From: Thermoanaerobaculia bacterium
GTDB lineage: Bacteria > Acidobacteriota > Thermoanaerobaculia > UBA5066
Reading direction: 5' to 3'
Assembly: GCA_963719225.1 (NCBI GenBank)
Contig: CAVRAY010000001.1
Span: 1,696,001-1,760,000 of the forward strand
Length of the DNA: 64,000 nt
The notes beneath the pieces were generated by a model. The model worked only from the letters and a program-made list of their open reading frames with translations, was not told the origin of the DNA and did no database searches. Numbering within the stretch: position 1 is the first letter of the stretch; every line of letters starts with the position of its first letter. This document shows, one piece after another, positions 55,957 through 64,000 of the stretch. Made by a program: the position numbers and the translations under genes.

Positions 55957-56951
55957 CCCGACTCGCGATCGTCGGAACCGGCGCATGGGGCACGGCGCTC
56001 GCCATCCACGGCGCGAACAAGGGGTTGGACGTCGCGCTTCTCGGCCGCAGGCCGGACGTCGTCGAGCGGCTTTCGGCGACACGCGCGCATCCCGCGCTCC
56101 CGGGGGCCCCGCCGATTCCGCCGCGGGTGACGATCACGTCCGACGCGCGCCAGGCGTTCTCGGACGTCTCCGCCGTCCTCTGGTCGGTCTCCGTGCAGGC
56201 AACGGCGTCCGAGCTCGAGCGCCTCGCGCCGCTCCTGCCGCCCGTGCCCCTCGTCGCGACCTCCAAGGGTCTCGAGATCGGCACGCGCCGGCGGACGACC
56301 GAGATCATGTCGTTCGTGACCGGACGAGCGGACGGTCTCGCCGCGCTCTCGGGTCCGACGTTCGCGGCTGAAGTCGCACGCGGACTTCCGGCGGCGGCGG
56401 TCGTCGCGAGCGCGGATCCGGACGTGGCGGCGGGACTGCAGGAGCTTCTGTCCTCTCCCACGCTGCGGCTGTATCGCTCCGCGGACGTGCTGGGCGTCGA
56501 GATTTCCGGAGCCGCGAAGAACGTCGTGGCGATCGCGGCCGGCCTCGTGGACGGCCTTCGCCTCGGGCACAACACGCGGGCCGCCCTCCTTACCCGGGCG
56601 CTCGCCGAGATCCGGCGGCTCGGCACGCGCATCGGCGGAAGTCCCGAGACGTTCTCGGGCCTCGCGGGAACCGGGGATCTCATTCTGACCGCGACCGGCG
56701 ACCTTTCGCGCAACCGGCGTGTCGGGCTCGCGCTCGCGTCCGGGAAGACACTTTCCGAAGCCGTGGCCGCGCTTTCGGGGGAAGTGGCCGAGGGCGTCGC
56801 GACGTCTCCCGTCCTGCTCGAGCTCTCGAAGGAGGCGGGCGTCGAGATGCCGATCGCTGCGATGGTCGCCTCGATTCTCTCGGGCCAGACGACGCCCACG
56901 GATGCCGTGCGAAATCTCATGACGCGTACGCTCAAGGAGGAGAAGCTCTGA
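55953..56951 (+). CDS. gpsA: NAD(P)H-dependent glycerol-3-phosphate dehydrogenase
   Basis: 'GTGAWGTALA', 'SGPTFA', 'KNVVAIAAG' and 'GDLILT...SRNR' motifs. Confidence 0.93.
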   Translation: MTRLAIVGTGAWGTALAIHGANKGLDVALLGRRPDVVERLSATRAHPALPGAPPIPPRVTITSDARQAFSDVSAVLWSVSVQATASELERLAPLLPPVPLVATSKGLEIGTRRRTTEIMSFVTGRADGLAALSGPTFAAEVARGLPAAAVVASADPDVAAGLQELLSSPTLRLYRSADVLGVEISGAAKNVVAIAAGLVDGLRLGHNTRAALLTRALAEIRRLGTRIGGSPETFSGLAGTGDLILTATGDLSRNRRVGLALASGKTLSEAVAALSGEVAEGVATSPVLLELSKEAGVEMPIAAMVASILSGQTTPTDAVRNLMTRTLKEEKL

Positions 56952-56983
56952 GCGATCATTCGGCTTCATCCGGAATCCATGCG

Positions 56984-57985
56984 GTGGTGCCCGGCTCCCA
57001 GATCGTGGTCCCTCCGGGACTGGGGCTTTCCTACGTCCGGGTGAAGACACCCGGAGCGGAGCCTCCTCCGGAAGAGGCCCTCGTGGACGTCGCGGTTCTC
57101 GACATGCATCACGGCTACGCGAATCTCGGGCACGCGTCGCTCGTGGAGAGCCTTCTCAATTACGCGCACGACGCGCGTCACCGGCGCCCAGGCGCCCCGG
57201 CGGTCCGGGTCCTCAGCTACGACGTGCGCCGAGGCCTCGCCGTGCCGTCTTCGCCCGCGCGATTTCCGCTCGTCGTGGGTTCGGGCGGCCCCGGCGCGCT
57301 CGACCCGCGAGAGAACGACGGCATCTCGCCGGGATCGCAGGGAATCCACGAAAGGCCGGACTGGGAAGCGCCCCTCTTCCGCTTCTTCGACGGCGTGCTC
57401 GCGAACCCGGGCACGGCGATGCTGGGCATCTGTCATTCCTTCGGCCTTCTCGCGCGGTGGGGAGGAGTCGCCCGTGCGGTCTTGCGGGGGCCCGAGCGGG
57501 GAGGCAAGAGCGCCGGCATCGTCACGAACGTCCTCACGGACGACGCCCGAGCGCATCCCTACTTCGGCGAATACTTCGCCGAGAACGGGGGACCCGAGGT
57601 CAAGGTGCTCGACAGCCGGCTCTTCGACCTGTTGCCGACGGGTTCGGGCGCGGCCCGTCCTCTCGCCTTCGACTCTGACGGCCCGGGGACGGGACGCGGC
57701 GAGGCCGTGACGATGTTCGAGTTCGCGCGCATGGAGCGTGGCAGCGTTCCCCGAATCTGGGGCGTGAACCACCATCCCGAGATCGGCGACGTGGGTCTCC
57801 AGCGGGAGCGCCTCGAAAGGCTCTGGGAGAACGGAGGCGTCACCGAGGCCTGGTACAAGGAGCGCCTCGGGGCGCTCGCCGCGTGGAACGCCTCGGCCGC
57901 CACGGAGCAGGGTCTCCAGCGCACGACACGCTGGACCTTCGAAATGCCCCTGCGCGCACACATCGAGCGCGCGTTGGGGACTTAG
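56984..57985 (+). CDS. Class I glutamine amidotransferase-like protein
   Basis: 'SGGPG', nucleophile elbow 'GICHSF' and 'HHPE'. Confidence 0.72.
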   Translation: MVPGSQIVVPPGLGLSYVRVKTPGAEPPPEEALVDVAVLDMHHGYANLGHASLVESLLNYAHDARHRRPGAPAVRVLSYDVRRGLAVPSSPARFPLVVGSGGPGALDPRENDGISPGSQGIHERPDWEAPLFRFFDGVLANPGTAMLGICHSFGLLARWGGVARAVLRGPERGGKSAGIVTNVLTDDARAHPYFGEYFAENGGPEVKVLDSRLFDLLPTGSGAARPLAFDSDGPGTGRGEAVTMFEFARMERGSVPRIWGVNHHPEIGDVGLQRERLERLWENGGVTEAWYKERLGALAAWNASAATEQGLQRTTRWTFEMPLRAHIERALGT

Positions 57986-58329
57986 CCGGCCTTCCTCGTG
58001 TCTCGATCGGAGGGCAACAGCCCGTGCAGGTCGCAGTGGCCGGCGTGCGGGTGATGAAGAGCGCCCGCGACGTCGTAGTCCATGTGGTCGCCGTGGGGAA
58101 CGCTCTCGTGACCGCAGGAGACGCCGTGCGTCTCCCCGCACTCGACGGGTGCGCAGGCGTGAGGACGCGTCCGATCCACTTCGAGCCGGTGCTCGTCGAG
58201 GTGGCCCTCGTGGGGCGCGTGAAGGTGTCCGTCGTGGAGAAAGTCCGCGTGGTCGCCGTGGCGCACGGCCTTGTGTCCGCAGCTCGGGCCGTGCTCGTGT
58301 TCGTGACTGTGGTGCTCGCGGCAGGGCAC
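57982..58329 (-). CDS. Small His/Cys-rich metal-binding protein
   Basis: GGGAGG RBS before GTG 58329. Duplicated unit 'HG.SCGH..V.HGDH.D....G.LH.PH.GH.D.H'. Divergent from znuA. Confidence 0.78.
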   Translation of the reverse strand: MPCREHHSHEHEHGPSCGHKAVRHGDHADFLHDGHLHAPHEGHLDEHRLEVDRTRPHACAPVECGETHGVSCGHESVPHGDHMDYDVAGALHHPHAGHCDLHGLLPSDRDTRKAG

Positions 58330-58395
58330 GGCGGCCTCCCGGCACATCGTCGCGCGCCGGGACGCGCGGGTCAACCGTGGGATAATTTTTTTTGG

Positions 58396-59280
58396 ATGCG
58401 GAAACTCTCGTGTGCTCTGCTCACCGCCTGCCTCGTCGCGGCGGCGGCACGGGGAGAGACCGTTCCGGGCCCGAGAGTGGCCGCCGCCACGATCGCCCCC
58501 CTTGCGAGCCTCACGGCGACGGTCGCGGGTCCAGAGTGGGAGGTCCGGACGATCATCGCTCCGGGCGTGTCTCCGCACGTCTTCGAGCCGACGCCCCGTG
58601 ACGTCAAGCGCTTCGCGCCCGCGCGCCTCGTCGTTACCGTCGGCGCTGGCTACGACGACTGGGCGAGAAAGCTCGTGGCCACGTGCGCGTCCGCCGCGGT
58701 CCTCCACGACGCGGGGCGCTCCGTGGGCGTCGTCCCCGGAGACGGCGAAGATCATGACGGGGAGATCGGGCGCGACCCGCATTGGTGGCTGTCGCCGAAA
58801 CGCGCGGCGCGCGCGCTCGCCCCGCTCGCCGAAATCCTCGCGAAGCTCGATCCGGCAGGCACTGCCGGGTATCGCGGCCGCGCCCGCGAGGGCGAAGCGG
58901 CTCTTCTCGCGCTCGATGCCGAGCTGGCGGCTCTCCTCGCGCCGGTGAAAGGACGGCCAATCGTCGCCGCGCACAACTCGTGGGCGTACTTTGCGGCCGA
59001 CTACGGCTTCGAGAACGGCGGCGCCATCGAGACCGTACCGGGCCGCGAGCCCTCTCCGCGCGACATCAAGCGGCTTCTGGATTTCGTTCGCGCACGCCAC
59101 GTGCAGACGGTCTTCGCGGAGCCGCAGTTCTCGCCGGCGGCGGCGCGCATCCTCGCCGCGGACGCCGGGATCCGCGTCGCGCTCGTGGATCCGATCGGAG
59201 GAGTCCCGGGACGCGCGGACTATGCCGCCACGCTGCGTTTCGACGCGCGGGCGTTCCGCGACGGCCTCGGCGCGCCATGA
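58396..59280 (+). CDS. znuA: Zn/Mn ABC transporter substrate-binding protein
   Basis: 'SPHVFEPTP', 'DPHWWLSP', 'HNSWAYFA..YG' and 'EPSPRD' motifs. Confidence 0.85.
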   Translation: MRKLSCALLTACLVAAAARGETVPGPRVAAATIAPLASLTATVAGPEWEVRTIIAPGVSPHVFEPTPRDVKRFAPARLVVTVGAGYDDWARKLVATCASAAVLHDAGRSVGVVPGDGEDHDGEIGRDPHWWLSPKRAARALAPLAEILAKLDPAGTAGYRGRAREGEAALLALDAELAALLAPVKGRPIVAAHNSWAYFAADYGFENGGAIETVPGREPSPRDIKRLLDFVRARHVQTVFAEPQFSPAAARILAADAGIRVALVDPIGGVPGRADYAATLRFDARAFRDGLGAP

Positions 59281-59954
59281 GCGTCGGCGCGCGCTTCGAG
59301 AATGTGGGCGTCACGTTCGGAGGCCGTCCGGTCGTCGAGGAGGCCTCCTTCGAGATCCGGCCGAACGAGCGCACGGCGATCCTCGGCCCGAACGGCGGCG
59401 GCAAGACGACGCTCATGCGCGTTCTCCTCGGACTCCTCGCTCCGGACCGGGGCCGGGTCGTCTTTCTCGAGAACGGGAGCGAGATTCCGCGCCCCCGCAT
59501 CGGCTATCTTTCGCAGCGCTCGACGCTCACGGCGGATGCCCCGCTCTCAGGATGCGACCTCGTCGCTCTGACCCTCGCGCCGTCTGCGGGCTTCCGGGGG
59601 CTCGGCGGCTTCCGGAAAGAGGCGCACGCGGCCCTTACGCGCGCGGGTCTTCCCGCCGAAAAGCAGGATCTGCCCGTCGGGCGCCTTTCGGGAGGACAGC
59701 GGCAGAGAGTCCTCCTCGCGCGCGCGATCGCGGGCGCGCCGCCCCTCCTCGTCCTCGACGAGCCCGACACGGCTCTCGACGCGGAAGGCCTCAAGACGCT
59801 ACGCCGGCTCGTGGCCGAGGAGATCACCGCGGGCCGCACGGTCGTCTACGTGACACACGACAGCGACGCGATGGGAGGAGCCGATGCGGTCTTTCACGTC
59901 GACGGCCGTGTGAGGGTCGGCTTCGGAGTGCACGCGCACGGGACGTCCCCTTGA
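59277..59954 (+). CDS. znuC: Zn/Mn ABC transporter ATPase
   Basis: 'GPNGGGKTT', 'LSGGQRQR', 'LDEP' and 'VTHD' motifs. Confidence 0.85.
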   Translation: MSVGARFENVGVTFGGRPVVEEASFEIRPNERTAILGPNGGGKTTLMRVLLGLLAPDRGRVVFLENGSEIPRPRIGYLSQRSTLTADAPLSGCDLVALTLAPSAGFRGLGGFRKEAHAALTRAGLPAEKQDLPVGRLSGGQRQRVLLARAIAGAPPLLVLDEPDTALDAEGLKTLRRLVAEEITAGRTVVYVTHDSDAMGGADAVFHVDGRVRVGFGVHAHGTSP

Positions 59955-60760
59955 TCGAGTTCCTGGGCTATCCGTTCTTCCAGCGGGCTCTTCTCGCCGG
60001 AGCCCTGACCGGGCTTCTCTGCGGCGCGCTGTCGTTTTTCGTCGTGCTCCGGCGCCTGGCCTTCGTCGGCTCGGGAGTCGCGCACGCGGCGTTCGGCGGC
60101 GTGGCGCTCGGGACGCTCCTCGGATGGCCCCCGGGCCTTTGCGGCCTCGCCGTTTCGCTCGGAGTGGCGGGCGCGACGGCCCGGGCCTCCGAGTCGTCCG
60201 GCGTGACCGAGGACACGGCGGTCGGCGTCTTCACCGTGGCCGCCATGGCGGGGGGCGTCGTCGCGCTCGGCTTCGTGAAGACGAACGTCGATCTTTTCGG
60301 CCTGATGTTCGGCAACATCCTGACGGTCGACCCGGCAGACCTCCTGCTCCTCGCCGGCGCTGCCACGGTCATCCTCGTGGCGCTCGCATTCTTCTTCCGG
60401 CCGCTCCTTCTCGCGTCCGTCGACGAGGAGGGGGCGCGCGTCGCCGGCGTCGCCACGGGCGCGATGCGGCTTCTCGTCCTCACGTTCGTCGCCGTCGCGG
60501 TCGTGGCGGCCCTGAAGGTCGTCGGAATCCTTCTCGTCTCCGCGCTCCTCGTCCTCCCGGGCGCCACGGCGCGCCCGCTCGCGAGCCGTTGGCCGGGCTT
60601 TCTGGGCGGCTCGATCGCCGTGGCACTCATCTCGGTTCTCGGAGGGCTGCTCCTTTCCGTGGCGCTCGACATCGCCTCCGGCGCCGCGATCATCCTGCTC
60701 GGAACGTGCCTCTTCGTCGCGGCGCTCGCCGTTGCGCGGCTCCGCGCGCGACATGTGTAA
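59951..60760 (+). CDS. znuB: Zn/Mn ABC transporter permease
   Basis: 'PFFQRALLAG', 'VAHAAFGG', 'FGNIL' and 'VVGILLVSALLVLP' motifs. TTG 59951. Confidence 0.87.
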   Translation: MIEFLGYPFFQRALLAGALTGLLCGALSFFVVLRRLAFVGSGVAHAAFGGVALGTLLGWPPGLCGLAVSLGVAGATARASESSGVTEDTAVGVFTVAAMAGGVVALGFVKTNVDLFGLMFGNILTVDPADLLLLAGAATVILVALAFFFRPLLLASVDEEGARVAGVATGAMRLLVLTFVAVAVVAALKVVGILLVSALLVLPGATARPLASRWPGFLGGSIAVALISVLGGLLLSVALDIASGAAIILLGTCLFVAALAVARLRARHV

Positions 60761-60769
60761 GATTCCGCC

Positions 60770-61105
60770 GTGCGGCTGACCCGGCTCCAGCGCCTGCTCG
60801 TCGTCCTCGCCCTCGCGCCGGTGGCGCTCGGCGGCGCGTTCGGGCACGTCGACGGCTTTGAGAAGCTGTCGCACGGCACGTTCCTGTTTCCGCCGGACCA
60901 CCCGGCGCACGCGCCTTTCGTCCCGCAGAAGGAGCATCCCTGCGCGGCGTGCGCGGTCGCGCACCTGACCGCTCCGGCTTCTGCTCCCGCCTATCTGGTT
61001 CCGCCCGACGTCCGTGCCGCGGAGATCGCGCGCGTCGAACGCGCGATCCCTTCCGCGACCCTTCCCGAGCTCTCCGGCCGCTCTCCTCCTGCCGCGACGG
61101 CATAG
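60770..61105 (+). CDS. DUF2946/CruR-like leader protein (signal peptide, CxxC, C-terminal RSPP)
   Basis: 'EHPCAACAVAH' and 'GRSPP' five codons from the stop. Directly upstream of a TonB receptor. Confidence 0.7.
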   Translation: MRLTRLQRLLVVLALAPVALGGAFGHVDGFEKLSHGTFLFPPDHPAHAPFVPQKEHPCAACAVAHLTAPASAPAYLVPPDVRAAEIARVERAIPSATLPELSGRSPPAATA

Positions 61106-61120
61106 CCGACTCACCCTCGT

Positions 61121-61147
61121 AAAGAAAAGATTTCTTGGAAGGTGAAT
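61121..61147 (+). repeat. Dispersed motif, locus 12 (intergenic)
   Basis: AAAGAAAAGATTTCTTGGAAGGTGAAT. No clear downstream partner. Confidence 0.7.
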
Positions 61148-61224
61148 CCCGCCGGACGGCGGGAGGCCACCGGCCCTTTGCCGGATGCGGTCGCGCGCCC
61201 TCGCGCAGCACTGGAGGCTCGATC

Positions 61225-63663
61225 ATGTCCATTCCCGGCACGGCGCGAAGCGCCGCAGCATTTCTTCTCTTTCTCGGCTTTTCCCTGACTCTTTCGCGGC
61301 CGCTATCCGCCGCGTCGGCCGCGGGTGGACAGATCCGCGGTCACGTAACCGGTCCGGACGGCAAACCGCTCCCGGGCGTCACGATCGTCCTCGCGAACGA
61401 CATCACCGGATACCGGCTGCAGGTTACGTCCGGGGGTGACGGAAGCTATCTTCTCTACAACGTGCCCCCGAATCCCTATCACCTCACGGCGGCTCTCCAG
61501 GGTTTCGCCCCGTTCCACACCGACGTGGACGTCCGCGGGAGCATCCCCGTGACGCGCGAGATCTCGCTCGGGATCACAGCGACGGCTGCGGAGTCCGTGA
61601 CGGCCGAGAAGGAGTCGGTCGAGCTGGAAACCGACACCTCGACGACGCACATCGACATCGACAAGTCCCTGATCCGCCGCGCACCCGCGCCGGTCGCATC
61701 CCGGGCGTTCGAGTCGCTCGTGACGTCGACGCCTGGCTTCTCGCAGGACGAGAACGGCCGCTACCATTTTCAGGGCAGCCACTCGCAGCAGCTCCTCGTC
61801 GTGGACGGCCAGCCGATCGGCGACATGATCGGCGTCACCTTTTCCAACTCGCTCGATCCCGCTGTGGCCGAAAGCATCGAGATCGTCACAGGAGGCATTC
61901 CGGCCGAGTATGGAGAGAAGGCGAACGGCGTCATCAACCTGACGACGCGCTCCGGTCTCGGGAGCGGATCCTTCAAGGGGGACGTCGGTATCGGTGCGGC
62001 GCGCTTCTCGACGTACGAGGGCGCCGCAGGCGTCGGGGGAGGGACGTCGCGGTTCGGCTGGTTCGTCAACCTCGATGCCTCGAAGTCCGACCGTTTCCTG
62101 GACCCGGTTTCGTTCGACAACTTCCACAACGAGGGGAACACCGAGCGCGCATTTCTCAGGCTCGATTCCGTTTCCGAAGGCGGCTCGGACTCGTTCCGCC
62201 TGACCGGCAACGTCGGCCGGACGGTCCGCGACGTGACGAACCTGCCCTCACAAGAGGAGGCAGGCCAGGACCAGAGCGTCCTCTCCCACGACTGGAACTT
62301 CAACCTCGGCTATCAAAAGGTGCTTTCGGGCAGCCTCGTCCTCGAGGCGCAGGTCTACGCCCGGGACAACCGTCTGACACTCTATTCGTCCTCGAACGAC
62401 ACTCCGGTCACAGCCGACCAGAACCGGTCTTTGGAGAATCAGGGGATCAACCTCGCTCTCTCGAAGCAGGCCGGCGCGCACGAGCTGAAGGTGGGCATAC
62501 AGGCCAAACGTTTTCCGATCAAAGAGCAGTTCTCCTTCGGGATCACGGATCCCTCCTTCAACGACCCCGACTCCGAAAGCTACAACCCGAATCTCGCGCC
62601 TTACGACCTGACGCGCGGCGGAACGCGATTCAACTTCTCCGGATCGCGTACCGGTACGTACGTCGCGGGCTACATCCAGGACAACATCCGCTGGAACGAC
62701 CTGACGATCAACGCCGGCGTCCGCTTCGACCGAAACGACGTCTTCGAGACGGAGAACGAGCTCCAGCCGCGAATCGGGCTGGCGTACTTCCTGAGATCGA
62801 CCAGCACGGTCTTCCGGGCCTCGTACAACCGCATGCTCATCACGCCGGAGTACGAGAACATCCTGCTCTCCTCCTCGGCGGAGGCCGCGAGGGTCGCGCC
62901 TCCCGAGATCCAGGAATCACGCGAGCTCGGCGGCGGCTTCCTTACGAATCCCTCCGAGCGCCACGACGCTTTCAACGTCGGGATCCAGCAGGGAATCGGC
63001 AGCAAGCTGAGGCTCGACCTGTCGTACTGGTACCGGTCGGTGAAGAACCCGGCCGACCAGGCCCAGTTCTTCAATACCGGCATCGTCTTTCCGGTCAACT
63101 TCGCGAGCGGCCAGTTCCGCGGCTGGAATGCACGCCTCGACCTGGCCCCTGTCCTCGGCGGCCTGCGTGGTTACGTTTCCGTGGGGCACGTCGAATCGAA
63201 GTACTGCAATCCGGCGATCGGCGGGCTCTTCGTCGACCCGGAGGCCTTCGAGTCCCTCGCGGGAGGGTGCTTCATCATCGATCACGACCAGGACATCCAG
63301 CAGCAAGCCGGGTTCTTCTGGGACTTCGGCCAGTCCGGCTTCTGGGCCGGCGTCACGCAGCGCTACGACTCCGGCCTCGTGACCGACGCCGGCGCACCCG
63401 AGGACGTCCTGTCGTCGCCCGACACCGCCTATGCCGATCCGTTCCTGAGGTACGACGAGGACCCGCAGCGCGTCAAGTCACGCACGATTTGGAACTTCTC
63501 CCTGGGCGCGCGCCTGCAGAAATACGGCGTCCCGCTCGAGCTCCAAGTCGACCTTCTCAACGCATTCGACAAACAGGGTCTCTACAACTTCCAGTCGCCC
63601 TTCGGCGGCACGCACGTAATTCCGCCGCGGACGCTCGCGGGACGGGTCAAGTTCGTGTTCTAG
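61225..63663 (+). CDS. TonB-dependent receptor with N-terminal carboxypeptidase-regulatory-like domain
   Basis: RBS GGAGG before ATG 61225. Signal peptide, 'G.V....GKPLPGV.I', 'GGIPAEYG', 'DHDQ', 'FGGTH' and C-terminal Phe. Confidence 0.9.
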   Translation: MSIPGTARSAAAFLLFLGFSLTLSRPLSAASAAGGQIRGHVTGPDGKPLPGVTIVLANDITGYRLQVTSGGDGSYLLYNVPPNPYHLTAALQGFAPFHTDVDVRGSIPVTREISLGITATAAESVTAEKESVELETDTSTTHIDIDKSLIRRAPAPVASRAFESLVTSTPGFSQDENGRYHFQGSHSQQLLVVDGQPIGDMIGVTFSNSLDPAVAESIEIVTGGIPAEYGEKANGVINLTTRSGLGSGSFKGDVGIGAARFSTYEGAAGVGGGTSRFGWFVNLDASKSDRFLDPVSFDNFHNEGNTERAFLRLDSVSEGGSDSFRLTGNVGRTVRDVTNLPSQEEAGQDQSVLSHDWNFNLGYQKVLSGSLVLEAQVYARDNRLTLYSSSNDTPVTADQNRSLENQGINLALSKQAGAHELKVGIQAKRFPIKEQFSFGITDPSFNDPDSESYNPNLAPYDLTRGGTRFNFSGSRTGTYVAGYIQDNIRWNDLTINAGVRFDRNDVFETENELQPRIGLAYFLRSTSTVFRASYNRMLITPEYENILLSSSAEAARVAPPEIQESRELGGGFLTNPSERHDAFNVGIQQGIGSKLRLDLSYWYRSVKNPADQAQFFNTGIVFPVNFASGQFRGWNARLDLAPVLGGLRGYVSVGHVESKYCNPAIGGLFVDPEAFESLAGGCFIIDHDQDIQQQAGFFWDFGQSGFWAGVTQRYDSGLVTDAGAPEDVLSSPDTAYADPFLRYDEDPQRVKSRTIWNFSLGARLQKYGVPLELQVDLLNAFDKQGLYNFQSPFGGTHVIPPRTLAGRVKFVF

Positions 63664-63670
63664 GCTGGGA

Positions 63671-63700
63671 GCCGGGCCGGCTCGAGGGAGCCGGCCCGGC
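63671..63700 (+). terminator. Perfect 13-bp stem-loop after the receptor gene
   Basis: GCCGGGCCGGCTC-GAGG-GAGCCGGCCCGGC. No U-tract, so terminator function is uncertain. Confidence 0.5.
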
Positions 63701-63759
63701 CGCATGACGACGCCGGGGCGGTAATCTCCGCGGCCGGGATCGCTCGTACACTCCGGGCG

Positions 63760-64000
63760 GTGTCTCGCTCATCGCTGGTCTTTCTCGTCCTTTCGATGGG
63801 GTTGGCCCCTCCGGTTCTCGCGCACGACGTGCCGACCGTCCAGCTCGGCGTCTCGTTCCCGGAGCCTTCGGTCTGGCGGATGGACGTCGCTCTCGACCAA
63901 GAGCACCTGCCGGAGGCCCCGCCTTCGTCGCCCGTGGAGCCCGTTCGGGGGCTGTCGCCCGCGCTCGAGAAGCGATTCGGGACCTTCGTCCGAGCGTTCC
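63760..64000 (+). CDS. Secreted/membrane protein, 5' part (possibly HupE/UreJ-like)
   Basis: TACACT, 7 nt, GTG. Translates to a signal peptide ending 'VLA-HD'. Runs off the window. Confidence 0.5.
   Translation, partial: MSRSSLVFLVLSMGLAPPVLAHDVPTVQLGVSFPEPSVWRMDVALDQEHLPEAPPSSPVEPVRGLSPALEKRFGTFVRAF

Noticed and set aside
58376-58395. Zur/Fur box call
   Set aside because: AT-rich with a GATAAT half-site, but no convincing palindrome. It could simply be the -10 region.
2207-61147. Interpretation of the paired motif as an IS/MITE family or as rho-independent terminators
   Set aside because: Interiors are unrelated and include conserved host coding sequence. No transposase or target duplications were seen, the arms are too imperfect and distant, and most lie mid-gene.

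Overview
High-GC bacterial chromosomal window (about 70% GC by eye). The gene repertoire suggests Acidobacteriota, probably Thermoanaerobaculia (inference): Ser/Thr kinase-TolB-propeller fusions, a CadC-like wHTH-propeller protein, and secreted proteins sharing a '..VIDN.(S/T)(G/N)D(S/P)T' C-terminal domain. Housekeeping content is a BMP-family nucleoside ABC transporter, acyl-CoA synthetase, carbamate kinase, xfp-ackA, a TetR(FadR)-led beta-oxidation operon, deoB, a nupC-PNP-cdd-deaminase-pdp operon, ABC-F/cinA/plsY/gpsA and a Zn-type ABC plus TonB-receptor locus. No rRNA, tRNA, CRISPR array or transposase was recognised. The most unusual signal is a dispersed AT/purine-rich motif, [purine tract]-AGATTTCTTNGAAGGTGAAG, found at about 12 loci. 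It nearly always occurs as an inward-facing pair with cores 40-160 bp apart, mostly inside coding sequences, where it rewrites or expands the protein. Next are three copies of an identically spaced TCACG-N6-TCACG promoter around a membrane-anchored wHTH/beta-propeller regulator (a candidate regulon of secreted proteins), a kinase-FGE / DUF2236 oxygenase / TonB-receptor operon, a lower-GC peptidoglycan-binding putative effector, and a CruR-like CxxC/RxPP leader gene.
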